Shown one piece after another: positions 1-10,743 of a stretch of DNA of 64,000 bases; positions within the stretch are counted from its first letter, which is position 1; each line of letters begins with the position of its first letter. Below the pieces are notes generated by a model. The model searched no databases. It had not been told where the DNA came from and was given only the letters and a program-made list of their open reading frames with translations. This DNA comes from a virus. The stretch spans positions 64,001 through 128,000 of IMG/VR virus record IMGVR_UViG_3300008952_000004. The stretch is one strand, 5' to 3'. The position numbers were made by a program, and so were the translations under genes.

Positions 1-3000
1 GGGCATCATTTCTTAACAAAAGACGGTGATGGATTATACAGCTTCGGCGGCGTCAATCGAATATTTACAACTCACGGCACAGCATCCGTTTGCTTTAACC
101 ATTTTTGTTTAGCTGGCACGACGCACGATCATGCTCTTCAGGGTTCAAATATAAACCGTCGTCCGAACGAACCAAACCACATTATGCAATGGCACACAAA
201 CCAATATGCTGGAAGAAATCCGTGGTTTGATTCATATGAAGAATATTCTGAGGACATTCGAGTGATGGGGAAAAACTATACAGTCATTCCGGAATTTAGA
301 ATATCAGAACATATGGAACATTATCTTGACAATGGATTTTTCACAGAACCAAATTATAAATTTTTGTCACTCCTCGGCGCCGCCAACAGTTCCAGCGCCG
401 ATCAATATGATAAAGATTATGTAGAACCGTTTTGGAAAGAGTATTGCCATTCAGATTTTTTGAAACACTTTACTCAAATTCAGGAAGACCACAAGGATAT
501 AGCGCCTGTAACCAGTATAAGTTTTAAGTGCAATGCAATCAAAAAGCTTTTACCATATAATGGATTCTATCCTGTGCAAAGAAGCTTGCAGTTAGCTAGT
601 CTCTTTTCTCAGTCCTATGGACCATACATTGAAGGCTCTTCCAAAGCCGAGTATGGCGGCGCAGGCAAATACCAAGCTGAGAGATTACAATCTCTTCTTC
701 AGCCATTTTATGCGCCGGGTATTATGTATAATACTTTAAAATCTTGTGTAGCAGTTGATTATCCAGTTTGGACCGGCTCAGCCGCAGAAGTTGCAGATAT
801 GCGCGGTTCTTATACAAATCAATCGACGATGACACTTCAAGATTCGGGCTCCCGACGCACTGTTTTGGATGACCCAAATTACAGAATGCCATTTGAAGCA
901 CTCATTGAACCACATAATTATTTACCACAGTCATCCAGTATAACTCCAACGTCTCCTGCTTATGACGCTTCGGCTGAAAATCAAGGGAAACTATATCTTA
1001 CAGCCCCCTATTATGGATCGGCTTCGTTTTATTGCCAGTGGTCTGGACAGTATAAAGACCATTATTCTCTTGCTGCACATAACTTTTTTGCTGAGGTTCC
1101 GAATTTCTTCTTGGAAAATAAGGTATTCACAACATTTGAGAGTGCTCAAGAATCACAGTTTGGGATGATGCGCTCGGGCTCGACCTACTATATGGATGTA
1201 TACATACACAAGACTAACGATTATGTTGCATATGAGAACTTTGCTTATGATACAAAAACAGATGATGATGACGCCATAACCACTCGTGGCTGGGGCTATG
1301 GTCCTCCATTAGATCCAGGCTTAGGCGTGACTGCTGCTGATCCAGCTTGGGCGCCATTTACTCCTCCATATTTTTATGGGCGTTCTGTGGCACGAATTCA
1401 ATTTTCACCACATAAGCATATATTTCTTGATGAGGGGCACCAAGCCCAATTTGGTTTACAAGAGATTATGGACGGAGCAAAAATTGAAACTGAGTTTGTT
1501 CATGAACAACAAATCAATGCGCCGCCATACGAAAAAGAAGTTTCCGAGATAATGGCAATTGCACAGGATGATACTGATACAAATCCGGCTGTCAAAAACC
1601 GGATGCATGTTTCATCTTCTGTGAGCCTGTTCGGTAAGAGAATGAACCTTGCATACGAATATAACCCGTTCACTGGTGAAGCAATATCAGCGACAGAGAA
1701 CCCCCAAGCAGGGTTGGAGAGTTGGGTAATCAATACTAAATTTGAGTGTCCCTCATTGAACTTTTATGGTTCGCATGGCGGAGCACCTGACCATGACGGG
1801 ACCATACCATCGATCCCCGCTGACCCTGCAAATCCCGATCTCACATCGGGCTCCTTGCAACATAGGATTCGTGGCTTATATAATGGATATGGCGAAGTTA
1901 CAGAAAATAGCTCAGGGATATTTTTAGGCGTGCGAGACTCTTTCCCACAAATAACAAATTCAGCAATAAATCCAGATTTGCAAACCACCGGTTCACTTCT
2001 TAAAGTTTTGGGCTTTAAGCCCGAAGAACGAAAGCTTGGTCAACTGGCTGCATCAAAAGAGATATCGGAGGCTGTGGTAGCAATACCTTTTATCGATATT
2101 GAAGGTGAGCGTAAGTTCTTTGGTCTTGGCATGAGCCCCGCACAATCCAGAACAATATTTCAAGATGCCTTTGCTGGAATAGAAGATATAGGTACTTCAA
2201 TTAAAATGTTGGCACAACGAATGCCTAGATATGTCATTCCTCCACATTTTGACTTTCTTAGGGATGAATCAATAGAACCATTTGTAATGTACATATTTGA
2301 ATTTTCTCACAAGCTAACTCGCACGGATTTGAAAAATATTTGGCAAAATGTTATGCCCGATATTGCAGTGACAGCACAGAAAGCCCAGGATATAATAACT
2401 CATTTGGCTGGACCAAACGAATTTTTTAGAGGCAATCCGATTCCAGAACACACTCGGTGGATGGTTTTTAAGGTTAAACAGCGAGCACAAAAAAATTATA
2501 ATAGCTTAACTGCTGATGATTTAGACAACCCGCCGCATACTATAACTGCACAACCATATAGTTATAACTGGCCGTATGATTATTTTTCATTAGTTGAGCT
2601 TGTGAAAGTGGATGCTGCACTTCGAATAGGACAACCAGAAATGCCAATAAAAGCACTAGAAATAGAAAAAATAGACTATACACCGGGTACTGGTACTGAC
2701 ATTGGGCTTGGAGCAAACCTACAGATAGAACAAAACGCTACAAATCTCGGCACCACCATTGCACAGGCAAATCTCGATATGACGGCAATGCCGAGTAATT
2801 TTAACCCTCCAATTATGAACGCTATAGGGGGTACAGTTAAAACTGTTTCACCGGGGCTTCTTATTGAAAAAGCACTTGAACTAGAAAACCCAAAATGGGT
2901 AGGCGGATTTGCTGGTGGACCAATCGCTGGTGATGGTCTGCAAAAAGCTGCTGCCGCCGCGACCACCGGAATGAACCCTGGTAAACAGTCACCGGCTGGT

Positions 3001-3081
3001 GGGTCCAAGTCTGGCGCAGGCGCCAAGGGCTTTGGTTTCGGAAAACCGGGAGGATTTGGAAAACCGGGAGGATTTGATTAA
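1..3081 (+). CDS. Large putative virion/baseplate-associated protein, 5'-truncated
   Basis: Frame of the 184..3081 ORF has no stop from position 1 (GHHFLTKDGDG...), so it starts upstream of the window. It lies in the structural cluster; no catalytic motif recognised; Gly/Phe-rich C-terminus. Confidence 0.6.
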   Translation, partial: GHHFLTKDGDGLYSFGGVNRIFTTHGTASVCFNHFCLAGTTHDHALQGSNINRRPNEPNHIMQWHTNQYAGRNPWFDSYEEYSEDIRVMGKNYTVIPEFRISEHMEHYLDNGFFTEPNYKFLSLLGAANSSSADQYDKDYVEPFWKEYCHSDFLKHFTQIQEDHKDIAPVTSISFKCNAIKKLLPYNGFYPVQRSLQLASLFSQSYGPYIEGSSKAEYGGAGKYQAERLQSLLQPFYAPGIMYNTLKSCVAVDYPVWTGSAAEVADMRGSYTNQSTMTLQDSGSRRTVLDDPNYRMPFEALIEPHNYLPQSSSITPTSPAYDASAENQGKLYLTAPYYGSASFYCQWSGQYKDHYSLAAHNFFAEVPNFFLENKVFTTFESAQESQFGMMRSGSTYYMDVYIHKTNDYVAYENFAYDTKTDDDDAITTRGWGYGPPLDPGLGVTAADPAWAPFTPPYFYGRSVARIQFSPHKHIFLDEGHQAQFGLQEIMDGAKIETEFVHEQQINAPPYEKEVSEIMAIAQDDTDTNPAVKNRMHVSSSVSLFGKRMNLAYEYNPFTGEAISATENPQAGLESWVINTKFECPSLNFYGSHGGAPDHDGTIPSIPADPANPDLTSGSLQHRIRGLYNGYGEVTENSSGIFLGVRDSFPQITNSAINPDLQTTGSLLKVLGFKPEERKLGQLAASKEISEAVVAIPFIDIEGERKFFGLGMSPAQSRTIFQDAFAGIEDIGTSIKMLAQRMPRYVIPPHFDFLRDESIEPFVMYIFEFSHKLTRTDLKNIWQNVMPDIAVTAQKAQDIITHLAGPNEFFRGNPIPEHTRWMVFKVKQRAQKNYNSLTADDLDNPPHTITAQPYSYNWPYDYFSLVELVKVDAALRIGQPEMPIKALEIEKIDYTPGTGTDIGLGANLQIEQNATNLGTTIAQANLDMTAMPSNFNPPIMNAIGGTVKTVSPGLLIEKALELENPKWVGGFAGGPIAGDGLQKAAAAATTGMNPGKQSPAGGSKSGAGAKGFGFGKPGGFGKPGGFD
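3040..3075 (+). repeat. Exact 18-nt tandem repeat x2 (GGAAAACCGGGAGGATTT) encoding GKPGGF
   Basis: Read directly from the sequence at the 3' end of the first ORF. Confidence 0.9.
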
Positions 3082-4193
3082 TGGCTAAATTTTTTAACCC
3101 TAAAGAGGACATAATTGATCTTCAGGTTACATCTTATGGGAAACATGCCCTTTCAAAAGGTGCTTTCGTTCCAAAGTATTATGCTTTTTTTGATGATGAC
3201 ATTTTATATGATTCTCAATGGGCATCTGCTTCTTATGGCGAACAACAAAATGAGATTAAAGAACGTTTAATAAACGAAACTCCCAGAATAAAAGTTGCAC
3301 CAGCGCTATCTGGAGTTGAAACAAATATTAAGAAGGCGGTGGAGATGGTTAAACATAATCTTGCCCACATCGGCGCCCAACAAATACAGCCCGCCAAGGA
3401 TAAACACTTTGCATTGCCAATGCCGCTTGGTAATAGCTCTTTAGGGAGTATCTCATTACCGGCTTGGGATTTATATTTTTTAAAGGGTGAAATATCGGAC
3501 TCGGCATATCACTATTCAGGATCCGCTCAGGCACCACATATAAGAACTCCTCAAATTAATGCAGAGATAACTTATAGAGTTACGCCGTTTACAAGTGCTC
3601 AGAAGATTCCATTAAGTGAAGCCGAGGCTAAAGTTAACGCAACAGGGATCGATGGTTCGACACTGAGTTCAGATGCTGACACTATTGGAGTTTGGGGTGG
3701 CTTATTTGACGACTTTATCGATGGCTCCAGGCTGAAGATTTATAAGGATTCGTTAATCATAGAATTGAATGAGGAAAATACAGATTACCTTGCAGATAAT
3801 TTTGACATCGAAGTATATGAAACCAGACAGGTCACAGGATCTGCCTATCCCGGCGACAAAGGTCTTCAGGTTGTTGAGGAATTAATCCCGTTGTATTTCG
3901 CTCGCGGTCGCCGCCCTGACACGGGTGTTTCATATCTTTCTGACGAACATTTCGATCTCGACGAATCAATAATAGACGCAGATTCTAATTATGTTGAATA
4001 TTTTTTCGAGATTAATGTGGATAAGGAAATTGAGACTTCCGAGCTATGCGCGCACTTACCTCATGAGAAGTCAAGAAGAAAGAATTTACTTAGAGAGGTA
4101 GACTGCGGACGAACCCAGGGCAAGACAATTAAAGATGCTGCTTACGGCGCATATGCTGATTCCATCACTGTTGATCCGGAGGATTGTGAATAA
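3081..4193 (+). CDS. Hypothetical virion protein; N-terminus paralogous to 10744..11658
   Basis: EDIIDLQVTSYGKHALSKGAFVPKYYAFFDDDILY aligns with GDIILDAVLTDTGRFRLAKGDGSFKIAKFALADDEINY; coupled to upstream stop (TAATG). Confidence 0.65.
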   Translation: MAKFFNPKEDIIDLQVTSYGKHALSKGAFVPKYYAFFDDDILYDSQWASASYGEQQNEIKERLINETPRIKVAPALSGVETNIKKAVEMVKHNLAHIGAQQIQPAKDKHFALPMPLGNSSLGSISLPAWDLYFLKGEISDSAYHYSGSAQAPHIRTPQINAEITYRVTPFTSAQKIPLSEAEAKVNATGIDGSTLSSDADTIGVWGGLFDDFIDGSRLKIYKDSLIIELNEENTDYLADNFDIEVYETRQVTGSAYPGDKGLQVVEELIPLYFARGRRPDTGVSYLSDEHFDLDESIIDADSNYVEYFFEINVDKEIETSELCAHLPHEKSRRKNLLREVDCGRTQGKTIKDAAYGAYADSITVDPEDCE

Positions 4194-7100
4194 TGCCAGC
4201 AATAGGACAACAACAAATTCTGGGCGCCTTGGTGCCGGATATAAGTATCGATAAAATAACATTGGAGTCTGCACCTACAGTGCAAAAAAGGCGCCGAAGT
4301 GATCGCATTTCAGCGCACGTGCAAGAGAACAAGGTCGACGGGACTTCTTTAGAGTTTATTGAAGGATACCAGAACATCCACGCCGACCCTGAAAAAAATC
4401 TTACTGTCACATTGAGTATGAGCATTAAAGACCGTCTAGATAATGGCTCCATCACTACGTGGTTTAATAATCAAAACATTCATGAATTCTTACATGTGAC
4501 AGTCGTACAGTCGATCGATCCCTTTACCAGCAAGCTGTTATCAGCATCAAACAACGCCATTCAAATAGCTAATTTCAGTTCAGGACAAGATCAAGGCTGG
4601 GAACAACCTGGCGGCATGAAAGAAAAAATAATGTCTATGCTAATAGATATATCTGGAGATCCCGAATTTAAGGATTTTCAGAACAAATTCGGCATCGATG
4701 CAAGCTTAAACGGCGCACAATCTGAAGCAGTCTTTGAGTGGATGAATTCATTTATGACCACGAAAGGGATGACATTCTCTCAGATTGCCGCCCAAAACGA
4801 CATTGGCGATCTTATGGATAGTCAATATAGCGATGAAAATACCAATTCATTTGACGTGCCTTTCCAGCTTCAATTCGAATTACAGGGGACACCTCAACAT
4901 TTATCATACTTTGCCGTGGTTGCGTTTTCACCATCGGCAATTCAAAATAAATATGGCGTTCATATGGATGATCCATTCTTTATTGATATGATGACTGGTA
5001 ATACCGTAGGGGAGCTTGTTATTAACGGGAGTCGGGTGATTGACCAATCATATATTTATAGGATGATTGACGGTACGATTTATACAGGACCGGTTGAACA
5101 TATTAATGATTCTTGGTGGTGGGTTGGAGCAAACACAGCGACTGATGAGCCGCTTACGAGAGATCTGTACCCACATAGTAAAGTGCAAGATTTTCGAGTG
5201 CTTGAAAGATTGAAAGACATGAGGTTTGCTTTTACTGAAGCGCAGGCAAATTTGATGGACTCTGTTGGCAAATATAAAACACCACATTCAGAAAAAATAT
5301 CTTGGGATTTACAAAAAATATATTTTTCTAATTTTGCTATAACGACCACCCCTAATCATAATCTTAAATTCGCTTTCAGTATGGACTACGGTTCACTAGT
5401 GAGAGATAATACAAAATTTTCAAAACTTTTTAAGATTCCGAAGTCCGGATGGACAGCAGATACTCTAAAAGAATTGATGTCTGCTGTTGAGATAGCAAAC
5501 ATGACGATCCTTCGTCGCCGAGTATCAAATGAATATCAGGGCTTGAACGCTTTAGGCTCACCAGCCGATCTCCGAAATATATTTAATGAGGCAGAACAGG
5601 TGCCGGTGGTTATTGCTTCCGGTCGAGATGTTTCAGGAAAGCTGGAGGAAGTACCCTCTCCCATAGGGTTAATTAAAGAGTCTAAGATTCAAACCGCAGG
5701 TGACACGCCGCTGCATGCGATTCGGCATTTCGAAGCTGCTGACAACACAATGAGCACAGTCACTGACGGACATTATCAATATGGTGTAGAGCTTGAGATT
5801 AAAGATAACACTCATAAAAAAATAGCTAATCTGTTGCAGGATTTGCTTGTGCATAAAGCCGAGTTTGATAAATACGCCTTAGCTGCAAGTGTACCAACTA
5901 CTGGTACCAAAGGCAGTGATGCGTCTAGCGTGACCACCAGATCTGGTTACGGTCTGTCTGCTTCGCAAACACTGGAAAAAAGAACACTGGGTGTATTTGA
6001 TCCGGTCAGAAATCGCTTTACTGATAAATTTATAAAAGAACAAGAAGCATTATATAAAACTCCTACAGTGTTTATCTCAGACAAGCCATGGGAAATGGCA
6101 CCTTTTGCTTATTTTGTATTTCTCAGTTTAATATCTGGAGGCACAGATCTGGATATCAGCGGCAATACAATAGAACAGCTTGTGAAATCGATTGCCCCTG
6201 ATACTGGAACACCACAAGGTATAAGCCTCTTTCAAAAGCTTATGGACGATCTAGTTTCCAAAGTCGAGGGTTATATAAAATCACAGATGGCAGAGTCTAG
6301 CAATAAAACTGGCGCCACTAAAGCGGCTATGCCTTTGGCACCAAGTCACCGCACTTTTAAAATAGCACACTGGTTTGGTGAAACATGGGATAGCAATTTA
6401 CCAAAAGTGGGTTATGATTATTTGTCGGAAGGTACAATTGATGTGACGGATCCGACACAGGGTTTAAAAAATATTCCACTGAATCAATACGAAAATGTGG
6501 TTAATGCTGAAACCACAAAACATTGGAAATCTTTAGGTGAACAGTTGGAGGTTACTAAGGGCGGCAAATCTATCAACACGGGCGATAATCTTGATGCAAC
6601 AAAATGGGAATATTTAACGCCATCTAATGTGGACCTCGGTGATAACGGCGGCTGCTTCCAAACAGATCCGGTCAGTTCCGAAAAGAACGCTATGATGAAG
6701 TCTGCAATTCAAAAATTAAATCAAACCAAGCAAAGTCCATTTTTACCTATTATGCCCTTCCTTGATATAAAACCAATTTTAAAGAGTGTTGGCAAAAGAG
6801 CAGAGACAAGAGAAACCGCGACCGGAAACCACTCCGCTGCAAACTTATTAATGACCAAGGTAAACGTGGCAGACATATTAGCCAACACCGTAAACCTCAC
6901 GGTCCATGTTCCAGATATTATCGCGACTGGGACAGGCGCCAAGTCTTTGCTTGAGGGCATCACAAATAGAGCAGCCGACGATCCTTGGGTTGATGCCACT
7001 AAGAACTTGGGGGATGCTTACGATTTTGTCGATCCAATTGATCCGACCAAGGTCCGGAAACAAAGTCCAGTAATATACGAAGAAGACGCTATAGTTTTAT

Positions 7101-7891
7101 TAGAAGAACTTGTGTCTGATACTCTTGATCTTGCTGATGTGGGTCTGAAAAACAAACCTCAAGCTGTTGTTAACAAAGATATCCTTGAGAAAAAATTTAG
7201 ATTTTATGATCACTCGTTTTACAATTTAAATAATGGGTTTAATGCGATAAATAAGAAAGTCTCGGAAATATTGACAAAGGGTTCTGTTATCCCAGCGTCA
7301 GATGGAGGCTTACCACCGCAAATACAAAATGAGTTCATCAAGATGCCAAATCAAATTAAATCACTGTTTATCGGAAGTTTGAAACCGGACGTGGTAAATT
7401 ATGACATGTCTGCAAATAACGGCGCATACTTCAGCAATCCAATTAACCACGCAACTATTATTTTTAACTATAAGATGATTCGAAAAGTAGAAGTCCTCAC
7501 AGGATATAAAGTGGATGAAACAGGCGCACCAATGCTTAAACAGCCAATATGGACCGCGCTGGGCGATGCGGTATTACAAAAAATGAAAGGTAAGGACATT
7601 CTTTGTAGACATACAAAATATACAGATCGAAGTTTGGGTATCGAAATGCCTTCCTCGATGAAGTTGCCCGTCTATGACAGGTACTTTACTATTTCAGTTC
7701 CTGCTGGCGATAAAAAGAAGAAAAAACCAGCAGCTTCCACCCAACAAGTTATTAAAAAAGCGATTCAAAATATCTTAACTCAAAATAAAAATATACCGGT
7801 AAAACATCTACATACAATAGATGTGAGCATGAAAAACGTTGAACAAAGTCTTGAACATAAGGCTATAATACAAGAGCACAAATGGAAATAA
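4193..7891 (+). CDS. Large hypothetical protein (1232 aa), probably virion-associated
   Basis: Long ORF, TAATG coupling, within structural cluster; no recognised motif. Confidence 0.6.
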   Translation: MPAIGQQQILGALVPDISIDKITLESAPTVQKRRRSDRISAHVQENKVDGTSLEFIEGYQNIHADPEKNLTVTLSMSIKDRLDNGSITTWFNNQNIHEFLHVTVVQSIDPFTSKLLSASNNAIQIANFSSGQDQGWEQPGGMKEKIMSMLIDISGDPEFKDFQNKFGIDASLNGAQSEAVFEWMNSFMTTKGMTFSQIAAQNDIGDLMDSQYSDENTNSFDVPFQLQFELQGTPQHLSYFAVVAFSPSAIQNKYGVHMDDPFFIDMMTGNTVGELVINGSRVIDQSYIYRMIDGTIYTGPVEHINDSWWWVGANTATDEPLTRDLYPHSKVQDFRVLERLKDMRFAFTEAQANLMDSVGKYKTPHSEKISWDLQKIYFSNFAITTTPNHNLKFAFSMDYGSLVRDNTKFSKLFKIPKSGWTADTLKELMSAVEIANMTILRRRVSNEYQGLNALGSPADLRNIFNEAEQVPVVIASGRDVSGKLEEVPSPIGLIKESKIQTAGDTPLHAIRHFEAADNTMSTVTDGHYQYGVELEIKDNTHKKIANLLQDLLVHKAEFDKYALAASVPTTGTKGSDASSVTTRSGYGLSASQTLEKRTLGVFDPVRNRFTDKFIKEQEALYKTPTVFISDKPWEMAPFAYFVFLSLISGGTDLDISGNTIEQLVKSIAPDTGTPQGISLFQKLMDDLVSKVEGYIKSQMAESSNKTGATKAAMPLAPSHRTFKIAHWFGETWDSNLPKVGYDYLSEGTIDVTDPTQGLKNIPLNQYENVVNAETTKHWKSLGEQLEVTKGGKSINTGDNLDATKWEYLTPSNVDLGDNGGCFQTDPVSSEKNAMMKSAIQKLNQTKQSPFLPIMPFLDIKPILKSVGKRAETRETATGNHSAANLLMTKVNVADILANTVNLTVHVPDIIATGTGAKSLLEGITNRAADDPWVDATKNLGDAYDFVDPIDPTKVRKQSPVIYEEDAIVLLEELVSDTLDLADVGLKNKPQAVVNKDILEKKFRFYDHSFYNLNNGFNAINKKVSEILTKGSVIPASDGGLPPQIQNEFIKMPNQIKSLFIGSLKPDVVNYDMSANNGAYFSNPINHATIIFNYKMIRKVEVLTGYKVDETGAPMLKQPIWTALGDAVLQKMKGKDILCRHTKYTDRSLGIEMPSSMKLPVYDRYFTISVPAGDKKKKKPAASTQQVIKKAIQNILTQNKNIPVKHLHTIDVSMKNVEQSLEHKAIIQEHKWK

Positions 7892-7897
7892 AAAAAT

Positions 7898-10678
7898 ATG
7901 ACTAATGGATTTGGCAAAGATTTTGGAAATAAGTTCGCAGATTTAGATGTTAAACTCGACCCGAACAGTAAGGTTCCAAAAATAGATTTCGGAAAAGAAC
8001 ATTTCACCACAGGCGGATTTCTTGGATTTACTACCGACGGTTGGACTAAACCTCAGCCCTTTCAAACAGACATAAATCTGCAAGGCACTAGCGCAAATAG
8101 AAAGTTTGTTGTATGTGAAAAAAATTGGTATACACACGTTGCAGCGTTTGCATCGGGTCAAAGACTTTCCGGTCGACCACTCAATGACTATGACACCTTC
8201 TTGGAATTAGCTCGAAAATATTGGACCATAAACCCCAAAGCCGTCGAACCTTCACTCATTTTCTTGAACCCGAGCATGATTCCGGACGAAGCGTTAGGTG
8301 TTCCATTTTTGATGAAGTTTAGTCAACCACAATATAATCCAGCACCCCCGCACGCTGGTCTTCCAGATCATATTAACCTATGGTTTGAAATTTATCAACA
8401 AATGGTGCTCTATCCAGATAAAAGTCAAATATATGATACTCAAATCATCCCAACTGCGATCCCGAATGTAAACATAACACAAAAAAATTATTCACCCGCG
8501 AAGTGGAAACAATTACTCGTGGGTGCAGAAGCCACTGTGGCTCCCGGTGAATTTGGAGTCTTGAACGAGAATGTAAAATATGAATATTTAGCGTTTCAGT
8601 TATCCTTGCCGTACAGTAAGGAGCAGTCAGATAACTCTACATTACCTAAGCAATCATATGTCGAGGTAATTCCAGAGTATAATTTTGATGCACAAAAATA
8701 TGAGCACGCAATTTCAGTAGAAACCGTACCAGAAACCATTCTACCAAACTTGTATAGTCTTCAAATTGTTTCAAATACACAACCAGATGAAATACTGGGC
8801 GTTAACGGACACATTATAAACCATGTTTCCCTACTTGCAAGGCTTAAAGTGGTTATGAACTGGGCAAACGCCACGAAAATCGTAAAAAACAATACTAACT
8901 ATTTTACAACTTACGCTGATAAGATATCTGAATTTGCAGCGATGCCTGGAGGCGTCAGCGCAGACGAAGACCTTATGTCGGTTGCGAATAAATATAAAAA
9001 TATAATTATCCCATCTCAAGAAATATCCAATTTAAAGGACATGGCAGAGAGAAAAGAACTGTATCCAATTCACACAACAATAAATATTTCGACTGAAAAA
9101 TTATCTCAATTTACCGACATATTGAGAGAGACTAATTTGCTTGATCGATTTACTATGGAGATAGTCAAGACCTATATTAACAAAGGGCACGATGTAAAAA
9201 GATTTCGGGAAGTTAATGAGTTACTTATTACCGGTGAAACTCCACTCGGCGAGCCCATAATTAAAAAATCTTCCAAAGAGGCTCTAAGAGATCAGCGCGT
9301 GTGGGATATTACAAAGACTCTGGAAGCAATTTCTTTGCTTAGTTTTGACACAGGAAAACCAGAGGTAACAGAAACACTAGAGCAACATCTGGACGCAGTT
9401 TCAGATTTAATTGTTTTGGATCCAACTGGAGACATAGAAACGCAGGAAGCAGTTCCTTCTGAGCATAAATTCTATAACAATTTGATGACTCTTATAGCAG
9501 TACAAAAATTAAAAAAGTTCTTTAAAACACGTATACGAACATATGAAGACTTGATGAAGGGCAAGTTGAATTACTCTGAGACTGTGTTATACAGAATAGC
9601 AAAAATCCCCACCGACGAGGGCGTTGCCATTGGTGATAGTGAGATCCAAAACATATGGCTAGCTAACATTAGTGAGCAGGATGTTATAACATATGTCGAT
9701 ACACAATTGAAATATGGCGAAGAATATCGCTATTCTATATATGCATATCAAATGGTACTAGAATCTGTTTATCGCTATCAAGATGTTCACGTCAATGGAA
9801 GCGAGACAGCAGCAGGTTACGATCCCGACATGCCAGCAATTGCAACTGTGGTATTACAACCACAGGTTTTGTTGGTGGAGCAAGAGGTCCATCGTTATAG
9901 CTTTATGATACTAGATAGTCCTCCTCCACCACCACAAGTTGATATTGTGCCGTATAAAGATAACCCAAGACAAATTCTTATTAATTTCAGTCCGTCTGTT
10001 GATGATTATTTAGCAGACCCGATCATTATAGAGATGGCTGACCAAACTGTGTTTGACGAAATCAGGAAGGCACAAAAAAAACCAGCGCCAGAAAAAATCC
10101 GGTTCAACGCTGACGATACAACTGGGGCTAATGGGTATTATGAGGTCTATAGAATGAACCGGAAACCGAGCCGGTGGACCGACTTTGCTGGTCATCGGAG
10201 GGCGATAATCGCGAACAGTTATGAACAAGGTTCTAACATAAACGCATCCACGGCATCATTGCGAGATAGTATAACTTCTAACACGAAATATTATTATATG
10301 TTCAGGATGGTTGATACTCACAGTCATATTTCGAATCCGACAGTTATTTATGAGATTGAAATGATTGAGGATCGCGGCGCGCATTATTTTACAAAAAAGA
10401 TTGTAGAACTCAAGCCCCGAGAACCCCGCCTGCCCTCAAAACCATGTCGGCGATTAATCGAGATCAAGCCCGCCTTGGATCAACAGTTTATGGATATGGA
10501 AAGCTTTGGGGATATGGAATCTGCTTTCAATGTTGATGCCCCTCGATTGGGTAATGCTATTTCCCCTTGGGACAAAAAATTTAAAATTAGATTTGTTTCA
10601 AGAAAAACAGGCAAAAAATTGGATCTTAATTTGACTTGCAAGGTCAAACTGGAAAAGGGCAATCCAGATAATGAATAA
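7898..10678 (+). CDS. Hypothetical virion protein with possible FN3/Ig-like domains
   Basis: Segments TYVDTQLKYGEEYRYSIYAY and LRDSITSNTKYYYMFRMVD resemble FN3 strand patterns (D-x-x-L/I...Y-x-Y). Confidence 0.5.
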   Translation: MTNGFGKDFGNKFADLDVKLDPNSKVPKIDFGKEHFTTGGFLGFTTDGWTKPQPFQTDINLQGTSANRKFVVCEKNWYTHVAAFASGQRLSGRPLNDYDTFLELARKYWTINPKAVEPSLIFLNPSMIPDEALGVPFLMKFSQPQYNPAPPHAGLPDHINLWFEIYQQMVLYPDKSQIYDTQIIPTAIPNVNITQKNYSPAKWKQLLVGAEATVAPGEFGVLNENVKYEYLAFQLSLPYSKEQSDNSTLPKQSYVEVIPEYNFDAQKYEHAISVETVPETILPNLYSLQIVSNTQPDEILGVNGHIINHVSLLARLKVVMNWANATKIVKNNTNYFTTYADKISEFAAMPGGVSADEDLMSVANKYKNIIIPSQEISNLKDMAERKELYPIHTTINISTEKLSQFTDILRETNLLDRFTMEIVKTYINKGHDVKRFREVNELLITGETPLGEPIIKKSSKEALRDQRVWDITKTLEAISLLSFDTGKPEVTETLEQHLDAVSDLIVLDPTGDIETQEAVPSEHKFYNNLMTLIAVQKLKKFFKTRIRTYEDLMKGKLNYSETVLYRIAKIPTDEGVAIGDSEIQNIWLANISEQDVITYVDTQLKYGEEYRYSIYAYQMVLESVYRYQDVHVNGSETAAGYDPDMPAIATVVLQPQVLLVEQEVHRYSFMILDSPPPPPQVDIVPYKDNPRQILINFSPSVDDYLADPIIIEMADQTVFDEIRKAQKKPAPEKIRFNADDTTGANGYYEVYRMNRKPSRWTDFAGHRRAIIANSYEQGSNINASTASLRDSITSNTKYYYMFRMVDTHSHISNPTVIYEIEMIEDRGAHYFTKKIVELKPREPRLPSKPCRRLIEIKPALDQQFMDMESFGDMESAFNVDAPRLGNAISPWDKKFKIRFVSRKTGKKLDLNLTCKVKLEKGNPDNE

Positions 10679-10698
10679 AGCGTTTTTGTTACTAGAGA

Positions 10699-10707
10699 AC
10701 TATTTAT
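10699..10707 (+). promoter_or_regulatory. Putative late promoter motif ACTATTTAT
   Basis: Intergenic, 45 nt before ATG 10744; recurs before many structural genes. Confidence 0.6.
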
Positions 10708-10743
10708 TCCGTAAGCCTATATACTATTAACAGGAGAAAACAA

